A stretch of 32,000 nt of DNA from Caedimonas varicaedens (GTDB lineage: Bacteria > Pseudomonadota > Alphaproteobacteria > Caedimonadales > Caedimonadaceae), in contig BBVC01000007.1 of the NCBI GenBank assembly GCA_001192655.1, forward strand, positions 25,770 through 57,769. The letters are read 5' to 3'. Position numbers and translations under genes: made by a program. Below are positions 20,455 through 29,308 of the stretch, in pieces. Below the pieces are notes generated by a model that saw nothing but the letters and a program-made list of their open reading frames with translations, was not told the DNA's origin and did no database searches. Every line of letters begins with the position of its first letter. The stretch's first letter is position 1.

Positions 20455-22448
20455 GATTTTCTTTCTCTCCTTTGCTGAATTTTTTCAAGTGCCAGTGTAA
20501 CAATTGCCTCAGGGGTGATATGAAAATGCTCATAAAGTTCCCTATAGGGTGCAGAAGCGCCAAAACTTTTCATGCCTATAAAATGATCTCTTGAACCTGT
20601 ATAGTGATCCCAGCCTTGGGAAACAGCCGCTTCACAAGCGATACGAATTGTCTGAGGGCCAAGGATGTGCTGGCGGTACTCTTCAGCCTGAAGATCAAAC
20701 AAGCGCGTACAGGGAAGGGAAACGACAGCTGTGGGAATTCCCTGAATTTGTAACAGATCACGGGCTTTACAACTGATTTCTACCTCTGATCCCGTGGACA
20801 GCAAGGTGACCTGACGTACACCTTCTGCTTCTTTCAGGATATATCCGCCTCGGGCTGACAGGTTTTCAGAATAATTTTTTTCTGCTCTTAGAACAGGCAG
20901 GTTTTGCCGTGTCAGTGCAAGAAGGGAAGGAGTTGAGCGGGATTCAAGGGCAAGCTCCCAGCATTCTGCAACTTCTACCGCGTCACAGGGGCGAAAAACA
21001 TTTAGATTGGGAATAGCGCGCAAGGCAGCCAGATGCTCAACAGGCTGATGAGTGGGGCCATCTTCTCCTAAACCAATGGAATCATGGGTCATCACATAAA
21101 TGACCCGTTGATGAGTTAAGGCAGACAAACGAATGGCGGGACGGCAATAATCGCTGAAGACAAGAAAAGTTCCCCCATAGGGAATAAATCCTCCATGCAG
21201 AGCAATACCATTCATTGCGGCGGCCATCCCATGCTCTCGCACTCCATAATGAATATAGCGACCCCCAGGATTTTGAGGGCTATAAGCTGTCATATTTTTA
21301 GCTTTTGTGTTATTCGATCCTGTCAGATCAGCGGAACCACCCAACAGTTCGGGAATGGCTTCCGACAGGATATCAAGAGTCATCCCTGATGAAACGCGTG
21401 TGGCTGTTGTTGGTTTCTCGTCTAAAACTTTTTCAATATATTCATGAAGAGATTTTTTCCAGACTGTGCCAGTCTCTCTTTTTTGTCGTCGTTCAAACTC
21501 TTTTTGGTTTGTAGAAGCTTTTAAGCGATGATCCCATTCCGTAAAGGCTGCGGCTCCCCGTTCGCCAAGGGTGCGCCATTGTTTCAGAAGAGTGTCAGGA
21601 ATTTCGAAAGGGGGAAATTCCCACTTCAGGGCTTCTCGTGTTTTGGCAATCTCTTCGCTTCCTAGAGGAGACCCATGCACAGAGGCTGTGCCGGCTTTTG
21701 TGGGCGCTCCAAAACCTATGATGGTGCGACAGGCAATAAGCGTTGGACATTTCGCAGATTGAGCGGTCTGTAAGGCTTGCCTGATTTCAGTATAATTGTG
21801 ACCATCAATAGAGTGTGTTGCCCAACCACAGGCATCAAAGCGCTTTAACTGATTGTCTGAGACAGAAAGATCTGTTTTTCCATCAATGCTGATGTGATTA
21901 TCATCAAACAAAACAATAAGTTTGGAAAGTTTCAAATGACCTGCTAAAGAGATGGCTTCATGAGATATTCCTTCCATCAGGCATCCATCACCAGCCATAA
22001 CGTATGTCCGATGATCAACGAGATCCTGACCAAATTCGTGACGCAAATGATGCTCGGCAATGGCCATTCCCACTGCATTGGCAAGCCCTTGACCCAGGGG
22101 ACCAGTTGTCGTTTCTATCCCAAGAGGGTGGCTAGCTTCAGGATGACCAGCAGTATGGCTGTGCAGCTGGCGAAATTTTTTAAGCTCTTCAAGGGTCATC
22201 TCCTGATAGCCTGTCAGGTAGTTTAAGCCATAAAGCAACATCGATCCATGACCTGCCGATAAAATGAATCGATCACGATCTGCCCATTCAGGATGTTGAG
22301 GAGAAAATTTAAGGAAGTGGGCATATAAAACTGTTGCAACATCTGCCATTCCCATGGGAAGCCCAGGATGGCCTGATTTCGCTTTTTCCACGGCATCCAT
22401 CGCAAGAATTCTCAAGGCCGTTGCCATTTCCTGAAGATTAGGATTCAT
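20451..22448 (-). CDS. tkt: Transketolase
   Basis: AVEKAKSGHPG, GDGCLMEG and THDSIGLGEDGPTHQP motifs. The ATG at 22448 (MNPNLQEMAT...) has a weak SD and is the preferred start. The longest ORF starts at 22466. Confidence 0.95.
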   Translation of the reverse strand: MNPNLQEMATALRILAMDAVEKAKSGHPGLPMGMADVATVLYAHFLKFSPQHPEWADRDRFILSAGHGSMLLYGLNYLTGYQEMTLEELKKFRQLHSHTAGHPEASHPLGIETTTGPLGQGLANAVGMAIAEHHLRHEFGQDLVDHRTYVMAGDGCLMEGISHEAISLAGHLKLSKLIVLFDDNHISIDGKTDLSVSDNQLKRFDACGWATHSIDGHNYTEIRQALQTAQSAKCPTLIACRTIIGFGAPTKAGTASVHGSPLGSEEIAKTREALKWEFPPFEIPDTLLKQWRTLGERGAAAFTEWDHRLKASTNQKEFERRQKRETGTVWKKSLHEYIEKVLDEKPTTATRVSSGMTLDILSEAIPELLGGSADLTGSNNTKAKNMTAYSPQNPGGRYIHYGVREHGMAAAMNGIALHGGFIPYGGTFLVFSDYCRPAIRLSALTHQRVIYVMTHDSIGLGEDGPTHQPVEHLAALRAIPNLNVFRPCDAVEVAECWELALESRSTPSLLALTRQNLPVLRAEKNYSENLSARGGYILKEAEGVRQVTLLSTGSEVEISCKARDLLQIQGIPTAVVSLPCTRLFDLQAEEYRQHILGPQTIRIACEAAVSQGWDHYTGSRDHFIGMKSFGASAPYRELYEHFHITPEAIVTLALEKIQQRRERKS

Positions 22449-22549
22449 TCCTGATTTTGACCTCATTTATATAGTCTGATCCGTCGACACAATGCCCTTG
22501 TTCTCAAAGGACGTCAACGGGGGATATAAAGAATTTTTACAGGAAGCTC

Positions 22550-22578
22550 TTGACTCTTTTAAGAGACACAGGTAGTTA
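22550..22578 (+). promoter_or_regulatory. Putative sigma70 promoter for tRNA-Asp
   Basis: TTGACT (22550-22555), a 17-nt spacer and TAGTTA (22573-22578), ~28 nt upstream of the tRNA 5' end. Confidence 0.3.
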
Positions 22579-22605
22579 GAAACTCGTATTATTAATTCCC
22601 CAAAG

Positions 22606-22682
<77 letters not shown>

Positions 22683-22863
22683 TTTTCGAACTCTCTTTGT
22701 TGATAATTTATATCTAAGCTGTAAGGAAGTTATTGAAACGATAAAAATAAAAAATTATTATTCTTAGAGTGAGTTCCCTATTCCTTAAGTTATCGGAATA
22801 GGTATCCTCATTTGCGTTGTTCCAATATTAATAAAATAAGTTTGATACAAGGGGGGTTTTAGA

Positions 22864-23457
22864 ATGAAAAATTACTTACGTATTTCTAGCTTGATTACCA
22901 TTAGTTTTCTTACATTTTTTAATGTATCGAAAGCTGCTCAAAAGATATCTATCGATATGATTACTGAAGAAGAAATGAGTCCACTCAACAGGATGCGGCA
23001 TATCTCACATGCAGGCAACCTGAGATTCCATTACTTGCCAACACACACGAACAACTATCGAGAGACACCTCAGGGGACTATAGAGTTTGATTTTGATAAT
23101 GCAGTTATAAGAAATGGCGTGTTTTTTTCTACTATGATTGCCAAAAGTGATTTTCAGGTTCATGATAAAAATTGGAATGTGCTTTACCCAGTGGAAAAAA
23201 GGAAATCGTACGGTGTGTTGCAATTCAGTTGCCCCTATAAAGTTATAATTGGTCATAATATCGGAGATGTAGAGATCACACCTTATTATATTTTTCCCTT
23301 TCCTACAGACCAAAAACTTATAAGTCCCTTGCGCGTCAGAACTGAAGTGACGGATTGGAACCAGGATGGCCAGGTTGTACATTATGTTCAGGGGCCCTTT
23401 AATCAAGGAAAATATCAAGACGGGCTTAGTTATTACTTTATGGAGATAAACGAATAG
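22864..23457 (+). CDS. Hypothetical exported protein (orphan, 197 aa)
   Basis: N-terminal signal peptide (LITISFLTFFNVSKA), SD AGGGGGG upstream, AT-rich codon usage. No motif I recognise. Confidence 0.5.
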   Translation: MKNYLRISSLITISFLTFFNVSKAAQKISIDMITEEEMSPLNRMRHISHAGNLRFHYLPTHTNNYRETPQGTIEFDFDNAVIRNGVFFSTMIAKSDFQVHDKNWNVLYPVEKRKSYGVLQFSCPYKVIIGHNIGDVEITPYYIFPFPTDQKLISPLRVRTEVTDWNQDGQVVHYVQGPFNQGKYQDGLSYYFMEINE

Positions 23458-23493
23458 TCGTACTCATTAGCAGAATTATCCATAATGATTCTA

Positions 23494-23593
23494 TAGCTAA
23501 TACTCTTTAAAATGATAAAAATAGTAAGAGATTTTTTCAGAATTTCAAAGGTTTAAAGATAAAAAATATGATCATTTTATAGCAGTTTAGCTA
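23494..23593. mobile_element. 100-bp MITE derived from the IS630 element of this window, flanked by TA/TA
   Basis: The left end TAGCTAATACTCTTTAAAATG matches the IS left end TAGCTAAAAACCTTTAAAATG. The right end AAAATATGATCATTTTATAGCAGTTTAGCTA matches the IS right end AAAATATGACCGTTTTATATGTTGTTAGCTA. TA at 23492-23493 and 23594-23595. No coding capacity. Confidence 0.7.
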
Positions 23594-23604
23594 TATAAAT
23601 AAAA

Positions 23605-23644
23605 GGATAAACAAGGCATTTTTCAAAAAATACCTTGTTTATCC
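23605..23644. terminator. Bidirectional hairpin terminator between convergent genes
   Basis: Perfect 12-bp stem GGATAAACAAGG / CCTTGTTTATCC with an A/T-rich loop. It lies between the 197-aa ORF (+) and the MFS gene (-), 18 nt from the MFS stop. Confidence 0.5.
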
Positions 23645-23661
23645 GTTGGTTATTTCTTTCA

Positions 23662-24951
23662 TTACCCTCTGGATGGAGAAGCAAGAGGTTTTCTGGTTTT
23701 TTCCCTTTTGGGAAGCATCACTGTCAGGAAGCAACAGACAGCAATCAGAATGAGTAGAAGCGAAAAGGCAGCGGTGAGTTCTTCTGGGCCATACAAGCGT
23801 GCACCATCTGCTCCATACCGACCCTTCCATTGGAAATCCAGGTACCAGCCAATCAGTTGCTGTACCAGAGCACCCCCCAGCATATTCAGTGTATTGACAA
23901 CACCCAATGCTAATCCTGAATAGGCGGAGGCGGTATAATGGGCGGCTCCTGTAAAACAAACCATTTCTGCGCCACAGAATATCCCGATCAACGTTAAAAG
24001 AATCGTCAATTGCCAGATAGCAATACCCTTGAGATAAAGCAAGGCAAGAATAGAGCAAATCAAACCTATGGCGCATACCTGTATGGTTTCACGAAAGTTT
24101 CCCCATTTTGCGCTGTACCAGGGAACCAATAGACTTCCTATCGTTAAGCCACCATACATATAAAGGCTCGTCTGTGCCGCTTGCGCGCGCTCTAGGGAAA
24201 ATTTTTCCATCAGGAATGCTGTCCCCCAAAGATCAGCCAAAACACACAAGGGAGTATAAACACCAATAGCAATAATTGCGTAAATCAGAATTTCTTTCTG
24301 TTTAAAAATAACACGCAACCCTTCACGCAAATGAACGAGTGGAAAATCTCCCACAGTGGTTCTGGCGGAAGAAGCAGGAACAAGCATAAGAACAATCGCT
24401 AAAATTATGCCACCCAGGACAACACAGAAAAGAAGACTATTTTGCCATCCCGAATTTTCTAAAACAGTAACCAGAAGATTTCCTGATAAAAGGGCTCCGA
24501 TCGTTCCAATGGAGAGCGTAGCGCCCATCAACAAACCTCTGTCCTTTTCAGGCAAATAGTCAGAGACAAGTTTAAGCGCACATATAAAGGCAGGGGCTGA
24601 TCCAATGCCGATAAGAAAACGCCCTGCCTGAAGCATCCAGATATTCTTGGCAAAAGCAAAGAAACATGTTCCTGCAAGACATGTAAGAATAGAGAGAATA
24701 ATAACCCGACGTATGCCCATGCGATCAAGAATAAACCCCAGAGGGATCTGGAGCAAGGAATACGCATAAAGATAAATAGCGCCCAGAGAAGAAAATTCTT
24801 CAGCAGTTAATTTAAAAGTTTGTCGCAGTTCTACGACCATAACACCAGGAGAAACCCGCAATATGTATTGGTAAAAGTAAAACAAGGAAATAGCAATCCA
24901 AGCCAGATAATAGATACGAGCAGGTTTTTTTTGTAATTTGAAAGAATTCAT
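23662..24951 (-). CDS. MFS (major facilitator superfamily) transporter
   Basis: 429 aa with ~12 TM segments. An MFS loop 2-3 motif-like stretch (GFILDRMGIRRV). Substrate unknown. Confidence 0.8.
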   Translation of the reverse strand: MNSFKLQKKPARIYYLAWIAISLFYFYQYILRVSPGVMVVELRQTFKLTAEEFSSLGAIYLYAYSLLQIPLGFILDRMGIRRVIILSILTCLAGTCFFAFAKNIWMLQAGRFLIGIGSAPAFICALKLVSDYLPEKDRGLLMGATLSIGTIGALLSGNLLVTVLENSGWQNSLLFCVVLGGIILAIVLMLVPASSARTTVGDFPLVHLREGLRVIFKQKEILIYAIIAIGVYTPLCVLADLWGTAFLMEKFSLERAQAAQTSLYMYGGLTIGSLLVPWYSAKWGNFRETIQVCAIGLICSILALLYLKGIAIWQLTILLTLIGIFCGAEMVCFTGAAHYTASAYSGLALGVVNTLNMLGGALVQQLIGWYLDFQWKGRYGADGARLYGPEELTAAFSLLLILIAVCCFLTVMLPKREKTRKPLASPSRG

Positions 24952-25303
24952 GATGGATATTCTACGTTACTAAAGTAATTATTTTTTAAAAAAATCGTAA
25001 GGTCCTATTTTATTAAAAAATACCCTTACGACCACATAGGTCGCTTACGAAAAGAAGAATCAGAGCGAAAGTATATACCTTTAATCATAAAAGAAAGGGT
25101 ATTATGATCTGTATTTGTTTGTCAAGGTATTCATGCATCAATGACAGATCATAGTGAATTTGTCATTAGAGCGTGCGTGATATGATCAAAGTAATGAAAT
25201 TCTAGTTGGCAGCGGTTGAGATATTTTATTTATAAAATTTAATATAAAATTAATATTTTCCTCTTATTATTTAGAATGTCAATAAAATTAAGGCTTTATA
25301 ATC

Positions 25304-25879
25304 ATGAAATATCTCATCTATATTATAAGTTTCTTGTTTATTTGCAATATCAATACATCTTTAGCGTCTAATAATAAAATCGTTATAGAAGATGATTTAA
25401 CTGATAAAGATTCAAAGAACCAAATTCCTCTCTTAAAGCACGATATCGAAGAGGGTGATCATAATTCGTCTGGTGGTGCTCTTGTGGGCTTGGATGGTTC
25501 CCTGGAGCTGGATACACCGGGGAAAGTCCAATGCTACAATTGCTGTAAGGGGGCTTGGGATTATTACAGAATTATTTCAGGTTATACTCTTGAATTTCTT
25601 GCCTTATATAGCAATACGGTAGGGACTTTTGGGGGAATTGCGCTGACAATTTGTGCAGGAATTGATAAATATACTGATCTCAATGATCCTATTCATAAGT
25701 CTCTTTCAACGGCCGGCGTAACCATAGGAATCATTGTGACGGGTTCTGCCTTGCTGGGAGGCTGGGCCAAAAAAGAAGGTGATCGTAGACTTTCTCTCAC
25801 TCAAAAAACATTACAAGAACGCCATATTAAAGTGGACAAATTGAAAGCAAAAGTTGCAACATTAAAAAGCCAAAGTTGA
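25304..25879 (+). CDS. Hypothetical membrane protein (orphan, 191 aa): signal peptide, paired hydrophobic segments, C-terminal coiled coil
   Basis: Signal-like N-terminus (LIYIISFLFICNINTSLA). Two Gly-rich hydrophobic segments (VGTFGGIALTICAGI and AGVTIGIIVTGSALLGGWA). A basic heptad-like tail (LQERHIKVDKLKAKVATLKSQS). Confidence 0.45.
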   Translation: MKYLIYIISFLFICNINTSLASNNKIVIEDDLTDKDSKNQIPLLKHDIEEGDHNSSGGALVGLDGSLELDTPGKVQCYNCCKGAWDYYRIISGYTLEFLALYSNTVGTFGGIALTICAGIDKYTDLNDPIHKSLSTAGVTIGIIVTGSALLGGWAKKEGDRRLSLTQKTLQERHIKVDKLKAKVATLKSQS

Positions 25880-26105
25880 GCTTTATTCTATCCATGTCTC
25901 AATTCAGAGAGATGAGAGACAGGTTTTCCAGTATTCAAAGAAACCATAGAAGATCTTAAAGATAGGGTAGTTCAACATCAACTCAGGAAGGTCTTTTTAT
26001 GCAGATCAAAGGTCACTCCTCTCTCATCTATATGAACCTATACAACCTCTTAATTTGTGCTTGCTTCTCTATAAAGCTTCAGTTAGGTTACGAGCTATCC
26101 TGATG

Positions 26106-26181
26106 GTCCCCATCGTCTAGAGGCCTAGGACACCGCCCTCTCACGGCGGCAACGCGGGTTCGAATCCCGCTGGGGACGCCA
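26106..26181 (+). tRNA. tRNA-Glu (anticodon CTC)
   Basis: Acceptor GTCCCCA/TGGGGAC, D arm GTCT/GGAC, anticodon arm CCGCC-CTCTCAC-GGCGG, T arm GCGGG-TTCGAAT-CCCGC, discriminator G, encoded CCA. It is near-identical in architecture to bacterial tRNA-Glu but has C34. Confidence 0.9.
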
Positions 26182-26184
26182 CGT

Positions 26185-26745
26185 GCGAAAAAGACTGAAT
26201 GATGGTTTAATGAAGAACACGTCATTGCCCCTGTGATTGTTGTTGTCTGGGCTTTGCCAATTACGTGGTGGGCTTTGGGAAAAACTTTTGCGAAAACATC
26301 CCAATCATCTGTATAAAAAGTACAACTTTCTAGGTGTTTGACTTTCTCATAGAGTCGCTTGAAAGTGAGTGGCAGTATCACGACCGTCGGATAACCCAGG
26401 ACACAGTTCGCCTTTTGCGACGATCTACCACCGTGATGACCCATTTATTGTTTTTTTTTGAGCCTATAAAATACCACATTTCATCAAATTCCACTTTCCT
26501 GATTTCTCCTGAAACAGCGGACTCAGGTAACTTGTTAGCTGCTTCTTTAATCCAACGATATGTTAAGGAACGACTAACATCAAATATTTTCCTCAACATC
26601 CCAAACGAAGCTTTGCCCAGAGAATATAAGATAACAGCCAATGCCTTCTTTACGACGAGGCTTTCTTTAAATCGCCCATTGCCCTCATTGCATTTGTATC
26701 TTAGTTCCCCTCGTGCTATGCCATTTTTTAAAATTAACACAACCT
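26185..26745 (-). pseudogene. IS1-family transposase relic (frameshifted, truncated at both ends) abutting the tRNA-Glu 3' end
   Basis: ORF 26378..26740 carries RYKCNEGNGRFKE (zinc-finger remnant), LYSLGKASFGMLRKIFDVSRSLTYRWIKE (HTH) and VEFDEMWYFIGSKKNNKWVITVVDRRKRRTV (DEMWSF...W.W.A.DR motif). The next frame continues TFKRLYEKVKHLESCTFYTDDWDVFAKVFPKAHHVIGKAQTTTI (TDxWxxY...H..GK..T..IE). The remainder of track ORF 26088..26444 merely reads through the tRNA antisense. Confidence 0.7.
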
Positions 26746-26770
26746 AGCAACTTTGCGTCGAACCATTTCC

Positions 26771-28711
26771 TTACTTCTCGCGAAGTTGCGGAAATACATG
26801 AACAGGATATCCTTCGTGGGCTGCCGCCATAAAATCATGCCAGATCTGGGCAGGGATCTTGCCCCCGGTGACTGTTTTCATATGAGATTCATTATCATTC
26901 CCTACCCAAACACCTGTAACCAGATCAGGTGTGAATCCAATGCTCCATGCATCACGATAATTTTGGCTAGTGCCTGTCTTGCCTGCTGCAGGTCGTCCAA
27001 TAGATGCTCTCTTACCAGTGCCATAGGAAAATGCCGCTGACATTAACGCCAGCATATCAACCACACATTTGGGATTCAGGATACGTCCTGTGCCCTGACC
27101 TTTACGCTTGTAGAGGACTCTCTCTCCCTGGGAAGTACGCACTTCGGTAATTCCATAAGGCCAAACACCAAATCCATGATTGGCCACGGTCGAATAAGCC
27201 GAGGTGAGTTCAAGAAGTGTTGCCTGTCCTGATCCCAGAGAAATCGTCATATCTTTTGGTTGAGGGCTCATTAACCCTAAACGATACGCCATTTCTGCCA
27301 TACGTTTAATACCTACTTGTGTGGCAAGCCTAACGGCAACAGCATTGATAGAATAGGCAAATCCATCAATGAAAGTGACTTCTCCCTGCTCTTTATATTT
27401 GTAATTTTTTGGTCTCCACTTGCCAACACGCAAGGGCGTATCCGCAATCATTGATGATGACGTATATCCACTCTCAAGCGCACACAAAAAAGTAAAGAAC
27501 TTGAAAGAAGACCCTATTTGACGCTTTGCCTGAGTAACGCGATTAAATTGGGATTGAGTATAATTTCGTCCCCCCACCATTGCGCGCACGCCTCCATCTG
27601 GTGTCATGGCAACAAGGGCAGCCTGGGTCACATTAAGCTTGGTTCCCTCTGCATCCAAAACAGCGCGTGATTTTTCCTCGGCAAGGTTTTGCAATCGCAG
27701 ATCAAGCGTTGTTTGAACGATGATATCTTCCTCAACCTTACCAATATATTCATCCAACTTTTCAAAAATCCAATCTGAAAAGTAGCGTCCTACCAAAGCT
27801 TTATGACGAGCTTGCTTTAAAGGGTCAGGCGCTACCGTATATTGTAAGCGCTGCTCATGAGAAATAAAACCTGCATCTTCCATGGCAGCCAGAACTGTTT
27901 GACCCCGTTCATGCGCCAGCTGGGGATTGCTGATAGGAGAATAGCGCGAGGGCGCTTTAAGAAGCCCGGCAATGACCGCGGCTTCATAGAGCGTCAGGTC
28001 TTTGGCGGATTTATCAAAATATTTGTGAGCAGCTGCATCAATTCCATAAACCCCTGCCCCCAAATAAACACGATTTAAATAAAGAGTGAGGATTTGCTGT
28101 TTTGAAAATCTGTGTTCCAGCCAGAGAGCAAGCAAAACTTCCTGGATTTTCCTTCGCATTGAGCGGTTTGTAGGTTCATAAAGTTTTTCGCTCAACAGGA
28201 AATTTTTGGCAAGCTGTTGCGTTAATGTACTTCCCCCTTGAACAACAGAACCCGCACGGTAATTCACCCAGGCCGCACGCAGGATACCCAATATATCAAC
28301 CCCAAAATGTCTGTAGAATCGACGATCCTCAATAGCCATAATTGCCCCCGGTATATGGAGAGGCAAGTCTTCTGCCCTCACAACAGAGCCGTACAAGTCT
28401 CCATAAGTGGCCATAACCGATCCATCACGTGCAAGTAAGGTAACGCTGGGCTTTCGAGTCACTCCTTCAAGTCGCTTGATATCTGGAAGATCATAGGCAT
28501 ACCAAAGGACAATACTGCCCAAAACCATCAATCCCCAAATCAAAAGGTTCAGCACCCATAAAATAGGACGCCTGTACCAGTTATAATTTCTTTTTTTTCT
28601 TCTGGAAGAAGGCTCTTGTCTGGTTTTCTGAGCGCGCTTTTCTTTTTTCCTATAAGATCCCTGAAGACGTTCTTCAGGATTCACACGCAACGTTGGGGGG
28701 CGATCTACCAC
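26771..28711 (-). CDS. Class A penicillin-binding protein (bifunctional glycosyltransferase/transpeptidase, PBP1A family)
   Basis: 646 aa with an N-terminal TM anchor. GT51 motifs (EDRRFYRHFGVD, GGSTLTQQLAKN). Transpeptidase motifs SSFK (SxxK), SIN (SxN) and KTGTS. Confidence 0.9.
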   Translation of the reverse strand: MVDRPPTLRVNPEERLQGSYRKKEKRAQKTRQEPSSRRKKRNYNWYRRPILWVLNLLIWGLMVLGSIVLWYAYDLPDIKRLEGVTRKPSVTLLARDGSVMATYGDLYGSVVRAEDLPLHIPGAIMAIEDRRFYRHFGVDILGILRAAWVNYRAGSVVQGGSTLTQQLAKNFLLSEKLYEPTNRSMRRKIQEVLLALWLEHRFSKQQILTLYLNRVYLGAGVYGIDAAAHKYFDKSAKDLTLYEAAVIAGLLKAPSRYSPISNPQLAHERGQTVLAAMEDAGFISHEQRLQYTVAPDPLKQARHKALVGRYFSDWIFEKLDEYIGKVEEDIIVQTTLDLRLQNLAEEKSRAVLDAEGTKLNVTQAALVAMTPDGGVRAMVGGRNYTQSQFNRVTQAKRQIGSSFKFFTFLCALESGYTSSSMIADTPLRVGKWRPKNYKYKEQGEVTFIDGFAYSINAVAVRLATQVGIKRMAEMAYRLGLMSPQPKDMTISLGSGQATLLELTSAYSTVANHGFGVWPYGITEVRTSQGERVLYKRKGQGTGRILNPKCVVDMLALMSAAFSYGTGKRASIGRPAAGKTGTSQNYRDAWSIGFTPDLVTGVWVGNDNESHMKTVTGGKIPAQIWHDFMAAAHEGYPVHVFPQLREK

Positions 28712-28732
28712 GATCTCTATATCCTTAAATCA

Positions 28733-29308
28733 TTAAGTCAGCTTTTGTTTGAAAACTTTAGCGAAGTACTTCAAAAGATACAATCGAAACCAACGCGTAT
28801 AGAGCTGGGGCTTTTGTTTTGCTTCTTTCTGTGCTTGATGGGGAAGCATCCATTTAACCGCATTGACCTCATCTGGATTCAGTTTAAAAAGAGTATCGGA
28901 AGACACCTCTGCTTCAAAGACGTGCACATACTCGTGCTCAATCATTTGATGTTCAAGTCTTAAAAAATAGAGAATGTACGTGCGAAAGTTCAGATCACAA
29001 GTAAACCCAATCTCTTCTCTCAAGCGTCGCTGGGCAGCTTCTTTCGCTGATTCATGTGGCAAAGGATGACCGCAACAAGTATTCGCCCACAAACCAGGAG
29101 AATGATACTTTGACAACGCCCGACGCTGAATCAGCATCTCTCCCCCTGAATTATAGAGGATCACAGAAAAAGCACGGTGAAGATGCCCATGCTCATGAGC
29201 GCTGAGTTTATCTTCCGTGCCTAAGGGTTGATCTGTACGATCAACGAGAATAACTTTAATCTCATCATCCTTAAGGATCTTTGAATCCTTTTTGATCATT
29301 GTATTCAC
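28733..29308 (-). CDS. idi: Isopentenyl-diphosphate delta-isomerase, type 1 (Nudix)
   Basis: HLHRAFSVILYNSGGEMLIQRRALSKYHSPGLWANTCCGHP matches the E. coli Idi core (LHLAFSSWLFN...[24 protein letters not shown]). The EHEY acidic motif is present. Confidence 0.85.
   Translation of the reverse strand: MNTMIKKDSKILKDDEIKVILVDRTDQPLGTEDKLSAHEHGHLHRAFSVILYNSGGEMLIQRRALSKYHSPGLWANTCCGHPLPHESAKEAAQRRLREEIGFTCDLNFRTYILYFLRLEHQMIEHEYVHVFEAEVSSDTLFKLNPDEVNAVKWMLPHQAQKEAKQKPQLYTRWFRLYLLKYFAKVFKQKLT

Noticed and set aside
24085-24096. parS-like half site GGTTTCACGAAA
   Set aside because: Only half of the TGTTTCACGTGAAACA palindrome is present, and it lies inside the MFS coding sequence. Chance match.
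26012-26019. GTCACTCC, identical to 8 nt of the tRNA-Asp 3' end (22672-22679), as a possible attR of an island integrated at tRNA-Asp
   Set aside because: Eight nucleotides is too short to distinguish from chance in 3.5 kb. No integrase is present and the flanking bases do not extend the match. It is only mentioned as context for the islet finding.
25907-26030. Inverted 10-nt repeat AGATGAGAGA / TCTCTCATCT about 100 bp apart upstream of tRNA-Glu
   Set aside because: The arms are short, there is no similarity to any IS end in the window and no target duplication. Insufficient to call an element.
26334-26747. 137-aa plus-strand ORF
   Set aside because: It is antisense to the IS1-family transposase relic, whose motifs are clearly on the minus strand.
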